A DNA stretch of 64,000 nt from Vicugna vicugna (GCA_013265495.1 MU059884.1:1434072-1498071), one strand, 5' to 3'. Positions 35,978-48,870 are shown, numbered from the stretch's first letter. The notes: generated by a model from the letters alone, not told the origin. Made by a program: numbers and translations.

Positions 35978-38304
35978 GTACCTGCAGCCAGCCTTTCTCG
36001 TGCATGGAAGAGAGCCCACTCGATTCCTCCCCCTTGTGCGGAATGTGCTTGATCCTTTCCTACTTACTAGGCAGCTGAAATGTTGTCTACACTTTAGGGA
36101 AACTGATTCCAGTTGCCGTGGGTCTATGGATGGGCAGTGAGTGAGGCTCTAGAGTTCTTAAGGGGCCTGGCTAGCGCAGGCAAAGAATGTCCAGAGTCCA
36201 CAGCTGAGCGTGGGCATAGGAGGAAAGGGAGAAGAGAAAACTGGGGGAATTTTTAGAGCTAAAAGCTTCATCTCCATAGTGGTTGAATTTTACTCCAATT
36301 CAGTGAGCTTACGTGCCTGCATGTGTACGTGTGTATGTGTATGCATTGTGCACGTGTGTGGATGTGTCAGCTAAATCGGGTGGGTTCCTACAGAAAATCA
36401 TGCAGCTAGGGCACATTTTGGAGTTGGCCTCATCGGTGTGTTCATTTAGCAGATGAAGAATTGAGGCTTGGAGAGGAGCAAGAGGCAGAATCATGACTCC
36501 CAGCCCAGTGCTCTTTCCATGATGACAAACCAGCCAGCCTCTCACAACACAAAAATGTGTGGTTAGAACAGCAGGCCTAGGACCCTCCCTGGGCGTCCTC
36601 TTCTTGTCCTTCCAGGTCTAACCCAGTGCTTCGCAGACTCTTTTGTTATTATCGCCCCTACTAAGGAGTCTTTTTAGATCATTGTTTCTTAATTGAACCC
36701 GCTCCATGAAATGTTACTATCCCAGATTTACCGTTTATCCTTTATGTACTGTGGCCCTTTGGAGGATCACAAAGAATAATAATGTCTAAGATTTTTTTTG
36801 ACCCTCAAGAGTCAGTTTTTTCCATCTGGGGTCAATGTTTCCCCCGTTGGGAATGCATGTTCTGACTTCAGGCCTCGGCCTACATATCATTGGGCCTCAA
36901 AGTCCCCACTAAGAAATGGGGCTGCAAACAGCTGTTCTTTCCCACCACCCTGTCCCACCTACATTAAAGAAACCTTAAGAGCTAAAATGTTCAATTATCG
37001 CCAGGCCCATAGAGGGCCTAAGACGCTGGGCAGCTGAATAAAAAGCAGCCATTATTCCTGAACTTCCACAGCTAGAGCCTGCTGGCTTAGTGGCCAAGGT
37101 CTTTTGTGGAGAGTCCAGAGTTAATAATTCCCTCCTCCTACTGCAATAGCAAGGGGGGGGTGAAGCTGCAGCCTTTTATAAAACACATTTTTCCACAAAG
37201 CAAAAAATTAATTACAGAAGAAAAATAGCACATTGTACACCTGAGAGAGCCCTTTAAGAAAGCCTAATGGATATAATTTGCCACAGAAGCAACTACCAAA
37301 GGGGATCAGAGACATAGGGCACCGTGTAGGGCACGAGAGAGATGACAGAGCAAGCGAGTGGGCTGGTGCAAAGAGGAAAAAAGAAATCTTTAAAAGGAGA
37401 CAAATATCGGATTGCGCAAAAACTTTCTTAATTTTTATATGATCAAATTCAATTTACTGAGTGACTTCTCAGAGCTATCTGTCAGGTGGAGATGAGGAGG
37501 TGCGCACTCCTGCTGTGGCATTTTGTATCTGGAGGATTTCTAATTAACACAGAAGACCTGGGGACTATTTTCAGTTTCCTTCTACGCAGAGGCCACCTCT
37601 CCTCTCTCCAAACCCACCCATGAAAGCCGTGTCAGAGGTCTGCCTCCTCTTCCTCAGTTTCTGAAGCCTCCAGCTCCAAGAGGCAGGGGGCATTTTTACC
37701 TTTAGCCCTCACGTGGGGGAACTTATCTGAGGTCGAGTCCAGAAAGCGGAATGGGCTCTGGGCTCCAGGGGCCCTCCCCTCTCTCGTAATCCACTACCCC
37801 CATCCCTCGTCATCCAGCCGCTTGCTTAGGATATAAAACCAGCCAATCCGTGGGAAAATCAGAGTCCAAACCCAGGCAGCCTTGACCTCTGTTTGATACG
37901 GCTCCCAGGCGGAGATCCATGACCGTGATAATCCGCTGGGCACGTTAACCCTCTCTGGGCATCAGGAAGGAGGCTTCCTAGTGGGGTCTGGTGACTCTCT
38001 CCGATGATGGCCCAGAGAGAGTGCCTGTGTGTGAGAATCTGAACACAGTCATTTGTCTATGTCTGGAGAACAGTCCTTGTGCACATCTGATGGTGATGAT
38101 GATGACAGATTTGCAAAGACCCCCAAAGAATTGGTCTTTGGTTCTGGAATCAACAATGCTCGCCCTTCTCAGGACTGAGGTCCTATTTGATATGTAACTG
38201 CACCTGGGATGTGTCTGTGAGCAGGTGAGACCATGAGAGTTTTTAGAAAGGGAAGTAGATGGGTCGAGAGTTGGAAAATTTTAGAATTCTCTACACTGTA
38301 AGGC

Positions 38305-38430
38305 TGCCACCCATTGGCTGTGTGACCCTGACAAAGTTCCACAAATTCCCCGGGACTTAACTTTCTCAACTGTAAAATGACGGGGAGAGGGAAAAGACCG
38401 GACCAACATGCAGTGCTCACACCACTCACA
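38305..38430 (+). mobile_element. MIR SINE
   Basis: ggctgtgtgaccctgacaaagt...tttctcaactgtaaaatg. Confidence 0.7.
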
Positions 38431-38449
38431 ATACACAAGATAAATCCAG

Positions 38450-38875
38450 TTGGGGTAGGCAGACCTTTTCTTAAAGCACCAGAGAGTAAATGTTTTAGGA
38501 TTTGCAGGCCTAAAGGCAAAATCAAGTACATTATGTCCATACTTATATAACCATTTAATATGTAACCATTTAAAAATGTAAAATCATTTTTATCTGTGGG
38601 CCATTCAGAATATGTGGTGGGCTAGATTGTGCCTGTCGGTTGTAATTTGCTAACCTCTGATCCAGGTGGTGCATGGATGACTAATTTTTACTTAAATGCT
38701 TATGTCTTTATTTTTATGTATGTTAAATGAATACTGACTTTCCACGTACAGTGGTAATATAAAGTTTTCCTTTTAAATACATGTAGTTATGTTAAACAGA
38801 AATAGAGGTGATTTTTTTTAATGTATTAATTATCACGGAGGCAGGCAAACGACTAAAGTTTGGGAAACACTGGAC
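38450..38875. mobile_element. MER58-type plus adjacent Charlie-type hAT fragments
   Basis: ggcagaccttttcttaaagcaccagagagtaaatgttttagg...tacttatataaccattt...aagtttgggaaacactgg. Confidence 0.7.
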
Positions 38876-39520
38876 TAGATGATGAATAAACTCCTGACCA
38901 TCTTAAAATTCCATGTGCTTAATAACCCAAGACCTGGAATCTAGTCTTTGCTCTGACAGTTACCAGCTGTGTAATCATGAGCTGCCGTGCCCCCTTTGCA
39001 AAAGAGGGTAGAATCAACTCTATCTCATCAATTTACTGCAATAATCATAAAAGAAGCTGAGTGAACATATTTTTCTAATTCACTAAACAAATTGTCCTTT
39101 TTTTCCTTCAACCGAGGGAATAGGAAACAGCAAAGAGAAACTTGAAAGATGAGACTGGCGTGGGCAAGAATGCTTGTGAGTGGGGGGCCCAGGCCCGTTT
39201 TTTTCTATCCGCTTTCCAACTTCGATCAGAGACCTTCTCCCAAAGCTTCCCAATCACCAGTGTGTGCAGGGACTAGAGCACAGCGAGTAGGATCAGGACT
39301 TCTTAAATAGAACAACCTGAGTTGTCACCCAAACTCTACCACCTGCCAGCTGGGTGGTGCGGGACATGTTACCTGCAATCTCGGAGCGCCCATCCCTTAT
39401 CTGCAAAACAGAACCCTACCAGAGCCCATCTCAGAGTGGTTGCACTGGGGACACCATGAATAATGAACGTCAACTGCTCAGCCCAGAGCCCTCAGTGAAG
39501 CAAGTGTGTTACAATTATCA

Positions 39521-39952
39521 CAGGTCCACACGCTCCTATCCAGAACCCTGGGGCGAGATGTGCTGCAGAATTCAGAATTTTTCAAGGATTAGGAGGCTTA
39601 CACAAGGCATACAGAGCACAGCACAAAATACCCCTCTCAAGGAATTGCCTGCTTGCCAGGACTGCTTAAATACAGTAATATTTCTGCAGTGTATCATAGG
39701 AATATTCATCAAGTAGGACAAATAAACTATGCAGCCTGTCTATAGTTTATATATGACTATATAAACATATAGTATTGGTTTGTATACAAAATAGAAGCAT
39801 AGATGTCACATATATATGACATTATATAAAACCTACATAACATCAGTTCAGGACTCTTTTTGCTGGGAAATAAGTTTGCACCAAACACACACACACTCTT
39901 TCAGTTTCAGAGCTTTCGCATTTCAGAATGTGGATAAGTGTTTGTGGGTATA
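39521..39952. mobile_element. Non-autonomous Tigger (TcMar) element
   Basis: caggtccacacgctcctatccagaaccctgggg...gaattcagaattttt ... catttcagaatgtggataagtgtttgtggg, with degenerate TIRs. Confidence 0.7.
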
Positions 39953-40094
39953 TTCATGTATAACAATCTTGCCCTGTTTTCAGAAGCATATTGTTAGACA
40001 CTATAAGCCAGCATTCAGGGGTCAGGTGTGAGAGGATAGCAAAAGTAAAGGAGGCGGCACCACTGCATAATAAAAGCCTTCATCCTGAAATCCC

Positions 40095-40280
40095 ATCTTT
40101 GCCACTTACCGGCCATGTTACCCGGGCAACTGACTTCAACCCCTCTGCCTCAGTTTTCTCATCTCTAAAATGGAGCTATACACACAAACCTCACAAGATG
40201 TGTCAAGGATTTAAATAATGTCACCAGGGAAAGCACTGAGAGGGGTCCCTGGCTCCTGGGAGGCTGCCTGATTTATAAGT
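40095..40280 (+). mobile_element. MIR SINE just upstream of the first coding exon
   Basis: ctctgcctcagttttctcatctctaaaatgg...aaggatttaaat. Confidence 0.8.
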
Positions 40281-40390
40281 GTTTGCTATCATTATTAAAA
40301 ACCAGGCATCGCCCTGCCGGGGGCTCCTGCAGTGTGGCTTCCAGGAACCATCATCCGCCTCCTCACAGCCTCTCCTGCCATTACAGGGTG

Positions 40391-40511
40391 ATGTTGGACT
40401 CAGTGACACACAGCACCTTCCTGCCCAACGCGTCCTTCTGCGACCCCCTGATGTCGTGGACTGATCTGTTCAGCAATGAAGAGTATTATCCTGCCTTTGA
40501 GCATCAGACAG
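40391..40511 (+). CDS. ELF5: ELF5 first coding exon (CDS part; exon starts 40387)
   Basis: ttacag|GGTG ATG; encodes [40 protein letters not shown], the ELF5 N-terminus; donor CAG|gtgtgt at 40512; 121 nt, ends in phase 1. Confidence 0.98.
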
Positions 40512-40714
40512 GTGTGTACATCTGGAGAAGCCCATCTGAGCTCGGACAGGTGGGGCAGGAGGTGGTGCTGGCCTCAGGTGGGCGTCCAGGCAGTGCTGGG
40601 GGCCTGAAAATGCCAGCTCTCACCAGTGTTCAGGGCAGAGGAAGGGTGCCTCTACAGAGAGGAAAGCACTGGAATCCTCGCCCCATCCTCTTCCCAGCTC
40701 TGTGGCCTTGGGGG

Positions 40715-41240
40715 ACTCCACTAACCTCTCTGAGCCTTAGTTTGCTAACAGGTAAAAGGGAGATGATAATGCCAATCTCTTGGAGTTTTTATATTTAAAC
40801 AATGTTGTAGAAAGAAACCCGTAACCCAAAGCCTAGTACACTGTGACTGCTTGATCATCATGGCTTAGCTAACATTCGCTAAATACTAGCTATGCCCCAG
40901 ACCCTATGCCAAGCACCCATCTCATCCTTATAGAAATCTTATGAGAAGTAATTATTATTCTCATTTTATAGATTAAAAAAACAGGCACAGAGAGGGTGCA
41001 TGACCTGCCCAAAGTCTCACAGTCAGTTATGTTTCATGCAGGTTGACTTGAGCACTTAACTATCCTACATGGTCATCTTATAAATGATGTAATGTGGTGG
41101 TTATTGATATTAATATGATTGATATTCTCTGAGCTTCTATTTCCTTGTCCTTAAAGCAGGGATGATGAGATTCACTGTAAGGATTAAGGGAACCAAACTG
41201 TGAAATAAATAGCCTGGCAGCAACAAGTGCTCAGTAAACA
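40715..41240. mobile_element. Cluster of three MIR fragments (+,-,+)
   Basis: taacctctctgagccttagtttg; ctcattttatagattaaaaaaacaggcacagagagg; gagcttctatttccttgtc...ctggcagcaacaagtgctcagtaa. Confidence 0.7.
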
Positions 41241-42019
41241 GGAGTCCCCTCGCTGTCCCCCAGGCCACCCTCCCACACTTCTTCCTCTCCCAGCCCAGTT
41301 TTCCCCACCTAAAGGTAGCACAGGGCCTCATGCAAATCCCATACCAAAGGGAGGCCAGCTGAGCTTTGCCCCAGAAACCCTCTGAGGGCCTCTGTCCCCA
41401 GGTACCTGGGTGACTGCACATCACAGCAAGCCTGGCTGACTGCTAGCACGGCAGGTGCACGGCAGGTGCACCCACGGAGGGTGATGTAAGCGCTGAGCAA
41501 GCTGTGGGTCCTGGCCGCTCAGCCTTGACTCTGTGCACCCCTGCCCGGTGGGGTCCACACTCCAGGTCAGGAGGCTGGCAGCCTCCAGGAGAGGCTGAGT
41601 CTCCAAGGACGCTGTGAAATGTCCACACGAGGAGCCCCTGCCTCCAGGCCAAAGGCCAGTGCAGCACAGACAGGCCTGAGGCACATTAAGTACTTCGTCC
41701 CACACCTTGTTTCCCAGGAAGACAATGAGAAATTTACTCAGTCTCCAACCCCTCTCAATATTTGGTTAAGAGGCTAAATTTGAAGGAGGACAATGAAGGC
41801 TTTGGGGTCCCTGTCCACTCCCCGCATGTCCCACAATGGTGGGGCCCAGCTCGTGGCCCTTCTCTCCAACCTTGCATAACCCAGACCTGCCATCCTGGGA
41901 GCGCCCTCTTTCTGCCTCTGCTGCTGGGTGGCGTCGGTGCCGATGGGAGGGGGTGGCCTCAGCCGCCTACCCCAGGCAGTGTTCAGGAGCTTCTGTAGTT
42001 GTCAGAGGTCAGACTCTGA

Positions 42020-42420
42020 GCCAGGTGTCCTGAATGTGAAGTCCAGCTCTGCTATCTAATAACTGCACCATCTTAACCTCTCAGTGCCTCAGTTTTCTCA
42101 TCCGTAGAGTGGACATAACAGTAATGCCTACCTTGCAGAGTTGTGAGGGTGAAATGAGTTAATATGTGTGAAGTGTTTGGGACACAGGCAGGCACATGAC
42201 AAGCACATGTAAGTGTGTAAAAAACAGAAGGATGATTTCATGTAGAGATGAAGACAAAGTTCTGGAGACGGATGGTGATGATGGTTGCACAGCAATGTGA
42301 ATGTACTTAATGCCACTGAACTGTACATTTAAAAAGCACAGTCCCAGCTTTCTCCTGTCTGAGGCCTCCACATTTCCATCAGTATAATGAAGGGTTGGAC
42401 CAGATCACTGCTAGAATCCT
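42020..42420 (+). mobile_element. MIR interrupted by an L1MB-type 3' tip (~42225-42335)
   Basis: ctcagtgcctcagttttctcatccgtag; aaagttctggagacggatggtgatgatggttgcacagcaatgtgaatgtacttaatgccactgaactgtac. Confidence 0.8.
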
Positions 42421-43954
42421 TCCAAAAGGTCTTCTGATTCCTGAATCAGGCAACATCACAGATACAGCCTTCATCCCCCACCACCTATTGGGAGACTAGA
42501 AATTCCTACCAAAGTGTGAAAATAAAATATCCTCTGAGAGTGGCTCAGCTCCCTAACACTCCCGGAGGGAGGAGGCAGGCTTCAGGCTCACCAGCTGGGC
42601 CTCTGGATTCCAGAAGGAGCTAAGTGTCTCTGAGCTCCTAAAGGTCAAACTTGGGTGTGAAAGGTTAGTCTCAACTAAGAACCCGCGCTCCCCGAGTCCC
42701 AGTGGTAGGAGGAATGCCCTGCGATGGGTTCTTTTTTTCACCCCAAGAGGTGACACGTGGGTCTCAGTATCTACAAAAAATTCTCTGAGAGGGATGCATC
42801 AGGGGACAGCCAGGTTGACCTCCAGACACTGCTCTGCAAACTTTCAGTGCTCAGTGGCCATCTCTCCTGAGGTCCTTGCCCACCTCATGGGAAATTCCAG
42901 CCTGAATTCAGGGTGGTCCCAATGGCAGCTTCCTGTTTGTGTCTGGGTTCAAGGGTTGGTGCTGGCACTGACTGGCCCTGTGACCTTGGGCAGGTTTTTC
43001 CTAATATCCCTGAGATATACTGTGCTGGGCTGAAACAGCTTCCACCTCCTGACAATGGGAGGATTGACTGAGATTCCACATATCAAGTGTTTAGCAAAGC
43101 ACCTGGCTCTTGGTAGGTGGTCACCGCAGCCAAGACACCTCCCGACTCCCAGCTGGTGGGCAGACAGCTTCCTCTGTCCTCTCTTCACTTTCCATATTGA
43201 ACAAAGGCAATACTGGTCTCCATCTCAGCCCTTCCAACTCAAAAGTGCTGGCATCTTAGACACTTTGAGACCAAAGGGAGAGAAAGGGATAAAGAAACAA
43301 TGGGGCTGCTAGCTAAATTATGTGCACGAGAGGGTAGGAGGCAACCTGGTTAGAGAATCAGCCATTTTTACTGCCTTTTCAATGGCTTTAGCAGCAGGCA
43401 GCTGAGTGTGCCCTCAATGTGTTAAGTGCAAAAGATCTGGCCGGCTCTTTAAAGCAGGACTTCTGTGTGGCTGCACTGCATGCTGGCGAGTGGACAGTCA
43501 GAGATTGCAAAATGCTCTAGAATTTCATTAGCTCTCCCTGGCCCTCCCTTCAGTTCTCCTAAAATAAAGAATTACAAATCCTGGAAAACCTTATCAAAGT
43601 TGGGTGCAGGTGTAGCTCATATATTTCACAAGCATGTGACATTTTATTTCTCTAATCAAGCTCCGGTAGCCAAGCATCTGACAAGTATCAGACGGAGTAT
43701 CCTGACCTCACTTCCACTTTCTGGAACTCCATCCTGACCCTCCACATAGCCACATCCCCCTCCCCTGATCGCCATGGTGGCCATACCACATACCCCCTTG
43801 GCATCGGGATCTTGTTTACACTTTGCAGCAGAGGTCTCTAGGTTGAAGCAGCTCTAGGGGTTCCTGGGGGGTTCCTCAGGGACCTGGAGTGACAGCTGAG
43901 AAGGACAGGATTTAGGCCCGCCTCTCCACCCCAACCCTCACTTTGATTCTGAAG

Positions 43955-44205
43955 ACAGTGTAGCATAGTGGTTATTCAGGCCTGGCTGAAGGAGCTGGAG
44001 CACTATGACTTCCTTCTTGCTCTGCCACTTACTGTGTGACCTCAAGAAGGGATTTCACCTTTCTGTGCCTTATTTTTTTCATTTACTTTATAAAATAAGC
44101 TACATGATCTAGGACCTCATAGCCTCGTGTTGAGGATGGTATGAGAACACTCAAGAAGTGCAGCATGGTAACTGGCACATACTAAGTGTTCAACAAATAC
44201 GTTAG
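43955..44205 (+). mobile_element. MIR SINE
   Basis: cagtgtagcatagtggtt...ctctgccacttactgtgtgacc...ctggcacatactaagtgttcaacaaat. Confidence 0.85.
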
Positions 44206-45139
44206 CAATGGGAGATTTTATCTGAAGAAAGAACTTTATTTTCAAAAAGGTGCCAAACCCACTGATCTTGGGGATTAACATCCAGATCAGGGAAAGAGGC
44301 ATCCGGGTCCCATGGGGGCTTTTCTTAAGCAAGATTCATGCACCAGGTAGAGAAGTTTGAGAGCAGATACAAGAGATAGCATCTAAGAATTTCTAAATCA
44401 AAACCAGATAATCAAACACAAAGTCATCGAAAAGTCTAAGGTGAGCCCCATGGCGGTTGTCACACCCTAGGACAACCCCAGGGAGAGACCTCACCATTAG
44501 CCACCTCCAGCCTATCCCGCACACAACCAAACCTTTGGGCAGCTGCGGCCCCGGGACTGCTCAGGCTTGGCGCTCTCTGCCCTTTCTAACCAGACGCCAA
44601 GGCCACAGCACCCTGCTCATGCCCAGCCAGCCCTTGTCTGTCGCCTCTTCTCCATCCAGTTTCTTACACTGCTCTGGACTTTTTTTTTTTTTTTCCCATC
44701 TCGTGGTCTAAATCATTCCACAGGTTTGGGAGGAAAGCCAAGAAGGACTACTGGATGGGGCTAGACCAGCTCTGGAAGGAAACCTGGAAGCAATTTATCA
44801 TTTCAGGTTTCCCCTCATAAAGTCCTCCATTTCAGTGACAAAGCCACAATTGACAGTGCCCTGTGCTATCCAGTCTGCTCACCGGCCCTCGTCAGTGCTG
44901 CCCCAGGCAAAAAACTTTCCTAACTCCCGATGCTCATAAATGATGCTAATTATTGTCCAGACTGTCTAACTCAGGCCTCCTCTGACCCAGACTGTCTGCC
45001 TCCCCCTCACCGAGTCCTGAGTTGCTTTGTTTTGCTTGTCTCTCAGCTAGACTGAGGCCCCAGTGGGGACAGCCTCATTTCCCCAAGAACAGATGTAGTT
45101 CAAAAATAATAACTAATTAAAAGTGACATGTCAAAAGCT

Positions 45140-45375
45140 TACTGTTGCCCAGATAACTGGACTAAGTTCTTTGCATGCATCATTTTTCTTCCATTTCATG
45201 GTAAACTTCTTAAGAGGCAAGCACTATTATTATTCTTGATTGACAAATGAAGAAATCTGAGGTGCAGAGAGGTTAGGAAACTGTGTTAGGATTGCACAGC
45301 TAAGAGGCTGAAGAGCCAGGACTGCAAATCAGGAAGGCCCATCTTCATAGCCCAAGCTCAGTTATTACTCCCACA
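45140..45375 (-). mobile_element. MIR SINE
   Basis: gacaaatgaagaaatctgaggtgcagagaggttagg. Confidence 0.75.
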
Positions 45376-46085
45376 ATATCCTGAAATTCGCACCAGAAAG
45401 TCCAGGTCAGTTGACAGACCCTAGAATGGAGGATGGGAATAGGAGCCTGACTGAATCCCTGTAGCTAGCATAAACAGTGAGCGTCACAAAATTTCTCATC
45501 TATGCTCCCTGATCAGCAGAACGGAAACATCAAGTTTTCCTCCAGAGGACCTAGGAACATAATTAAAAGCTCAAAGCTCAAGTTACTTTTGTATTCTGTT
45601 GCACATCTATTTCATTGTAATTTTTTAAAAAGTCAAAATATTGGAAGAGACGGCAAGGGAATATGCCTAGAATTTTTTTTAAGAGCACTTTGCATAAAAT
45701 TGAGACGACATCAGATGTCTGTAACAAACAATGGGAATATAACAAAGTAGAGGATTCATGGACCCACTCTCTGGCATTTCTACTGAAGAAGCACAGGCAT
45801 TACCTTTGGCTTCAGTTACCCCTGGCCCCCTCTGTCCACTCTGGGAATTTAGCCCCAGCCTCTCCACCCCCCATGTCAGAAACATGGGTCTGCTGTGTGT
45901 CCTGATCATCAGGCATTTTACAAAGTCACACAGACTCACTTGTGTCACCATATTTTGAACAGCATTGGCCATGTAACTCATGCTGGCAATTCAAGAACAA
46001 ATTAGCTTGGTTTATAATATAATTTCCTTATTTTTCATAAAGAAAATAAATCCAGATCTCTGGAAAGAAACAAAGCTGCTGAACT

Positions 46086-46116
46086 ACACAAACACAAACA
46101 CACACACACACACACA
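46086..46116. repeat. Imperfect (AC)n microsatellite
   Basis: acacaaacacaaacacacacacacacacaca. Confidence 0.9.
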
Positions 46117-46194
46117 GAGAACATATTAGAAGTATCTGAGGAAATGGAATTAAACTAGTGGTACAGGTAGCCCCAATATTAACAAGTATAAATG

Positions 46195-46410
46195 GGTGGT
46201 ATTTAATGAGCACTTACTGTATGCCTGCCCCTGTTTTAAGAATTTTCCATATTTTGATTCACTTAATCCTCTTAACAGCAGGATGAGTTAAGTCCTATTA
46301 TCCCCATTTTGCCAATTAGTCCCAAGGAGGCAGGACGACTAAGTGTGAGGCCACATATGCTTTCAACTTTTAGGGGGAATCCAAACAACGGGAGCCCCGG
46401 TTTTAAGTTC
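46195..46410 (-). mobile_element. MIR SINE
   Basis: aatgagcacttactgtatgcc...ttaatcctcttaacagc...tattatccccatttt. Confidence 0.75.
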
Positions 46411-47453
46411 TAGAACAGTGATTTTCAAGGAGCCTTCTGGAGCTAAGGAGGGGAAACCATTTAGTACCTTCCCCTTAACTCCCAGCAAAGCAGCATGGCT
46501 TTTTACAGTGATAAGTTTCAATGTATAGAAATTACATTTCAATTTTTAAAAAATTCAAAGTCTTAGCATGATCACTGTAAACAATGGTCTTGATGGAGAC
46601 AAGTGTCCAGAAGCATGTGAAGTTCTCCGTCACAAAGTGACTGCCAGAAGAAAGCCAGCCTGTAGGAGTTTTGACTGGCCCTCAGAGTGGTTTTTAAAAA
46701 TTAAATTAAGTTGGCATTTAAAAATTATGAGATTTCACATAACAATCTGAGCTTGACAACACAGGGCCCACCTTCCCACATGGCAACAGTCAACTGAGCC
46801 ACAACTGTCTACTTAGCATGAACTTGCCAATCCCACTGTCCCCATTAGGGGCCACTTCCGTCATGGACATCACCTGCTGACCCTGTGAGCATTTGAGTGC
46901 ACCAGCCCAGCTCTTAAAAGCCTAAGCCCTTTCTCTGAATTTAAATGCACCCCAGGTTATAGCATCACTATATTCCCCCCTACCAGAAAACTCCCTTTAG
47001 CCCCTCAATTCTTCTTCCCAATGCAGCTATCCCTTAAAACATGTGTCCTGACCTACTTCCCACTTCAAAGGAACTGGCCAAGCCTGCTTTGTAACTGTGG
47101 CCTGTGGACATTCGGATTAAAGTCTACCAGGCACAGGGTGTCTGTCATCCACCCCCAACTGGTAAACGTAGGCAGAAGTCCTCATAGCTCGGCTTCTCCA
47201 AAAAGTTTACATTCTTTTTTGAATAGGAGGCATATGGAGGAAACCACTTTACATTTCCAGACAATATAACCTGTTAAAGATGATATATTCTATGGGCATA
47301 CACCCTGTCTTTTATTTTCCCTGAGTTCATCTCTACCAAGTAGCAAAAAAATCTTTCATGTCATTCACTGGAATCGCAAACATGGTCATCATCAGTCTCT
47401 CTATCCTTTTTCTGATCTTTCAAACCTAGATTTTATATACATATACACATACA

Positions 47454-47621
47454 NNNNNNNNNNNNNNNNNNNNNNNNNNNNNNNNNNNNNNNNNNNNNNN
47501 NNNNNNNNNNNNNNNNNNNNNNNNNNNNNNNNNNNNNNNNNNNNNNNNNNNNNNNNNNNNNNNNNNNNNNNNNNNNNNNNNNNNNNNNNNNNNNNNNNNN
47601 NNNNNNNNNNNNNNNNNNNNN
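47454..47621. other. Assembly gap (168 N) starting in a (TA/CA)n tract
   Basis: N run preceded by tatatacatatacacataca. Confidence 1.
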
Positions 47622-47809
47622 AGTCATTCTTCCAAATATGTGTCCAACTTGGTCCTCGTCAACCAAGAGGGAGGCAAACATGAAGCAAATTCCCACATGC
47701 AAAGATAGAGGAGTGGGCGTGGGGCCTAACTCCCCTTACTGACCAGCCTGTGGCCTGAGGAGAGTCAGTAACCTCCCAGAAGCTGTTTCCTCCCTGTGAA
47801 GTGGAGGTA

Positions 47810-48870
47810 ACAGCCGCAGGTCCCCTGGCCGGGGGTCAGTACCCCCACTGCGCACCCACAGGGGGCTCCTCGCTGGCCCCGCCCACAGGGGGCGCCCAAG
47901 GTCTGGGGCGGGAGGGAGGCCGTGAGGAGGGCCTTCTGAGAGGGACCCCTGGGGGCGGGGCTGTGCAGGAAGAGCATGCCACCCTGAGAGGGGCTGAGAG
48001 CTGTCGTTTGAGGACGAGCGGGGGTTAGGAGAAGGCAGGTGGGGACCTCGGCGAGGTGACCAGAAGTGTCTGTGGAAAGACCCAGAGCAGGAGGCAGTGC
48101 CGAGGGGGGCTGCGGGGCGGGGTGAGGAGGAGGAGGAAGCAGGCCTTCCTCACCCCTGGGAGGACAGGGCCGCGGAAACACACGACGAGCAAAAAGCTCC
48201 TGCGATGTTGGCACTCTGCCCTCCATGTGGCTGAGAGCAGCCAGGGGGACTCTCCGCTCGGGGGACCGTGGGCAGGACTTTTCCGGCGGGAGCCCGCCAT
48301 GCGGGGCTCTGGCCCTGGCCTCCCTCCACGGCCGGCCGGGAGCCGCGCACAAAGCCTGCTCTGTGAGGGAGCTTGAGAGGAAGGAGCCCAGGGGAAGGCA
48401 GCTGCGCCAGCGACACCTCCCTAGTGTCGGCGCTCCCCCCACCCCACACACACCTCTCCGAACCCTTTAGGCCCCGTCAGTCTCCAGAAACAACATGGCC
48501 AACTCCCAGTGCCAAAGAAAATAACGAGGCGGGAGGCGCCGGCGACTCGGGAACCCTTTCCGTGAAAAGCACAGCGCGTCCTCCAAGGGCAGCACCCCGG
48601 TAGCCATCTCCGGGGGCGCTCAGCTCAGGAGCAAAGGCGGGAAAATCCCAAGACTCATAAACATCTCTCCTCAGAATCCCAGAAAAGTGGAAGGCCCCTG
48701 GGTTTACTGGCGCCGCCACCCTGCAGGTGAAAGTCAGGGCCAGACAGGGAAGGGCCGCGCGTTTCCCCATGAAACCGTGGCGCCCCCACGTGGGCCGGCG
48801 GGAGCCCTCTCCTCACCCCGCAGGCGGAGGCCACATTAGCTGCCACCCTCCGGCCAGACGGCGACTCTTT
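47810..48870. promoter_or_regulatory. Borderline CpG island in the intron after the first coding exon
   Basis: About 65-70 CpG in ~1.07 kb by hand count, visibly GC-rich; GC boxes and CCCACGTGGG at 48785-48794. Confidence 0.7.

Noticed and set aside
36310-36358. Purine-pyrimidine tract with three RCGTG (HRE-like) motifs
   Set aside because: Degenerate (TG/CA)n microsatellites produce these motifs by chance
40361-40386. Tandem acceptor 18 nt upstream of the main acceptor (cacag at 40364-40368)
   Set aside because: Would only lengthen the 5' UTR and does not restore frame for the alternative ATG; no evidence of use
40283-40798. 171-aa ORF containing the ELF5 N-terminus
   Set aside because: Read-through of intron on both sides of the 40387-40511 exon; splice sites define the true boundaries
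47765-48451. 228-aa minus-strand ORF and many overlapping ORFs
   Set aside because: GC-rich island with few stop codons; Pro/Ala/Gly-rich, no recognisable domain, ORFs in all frames
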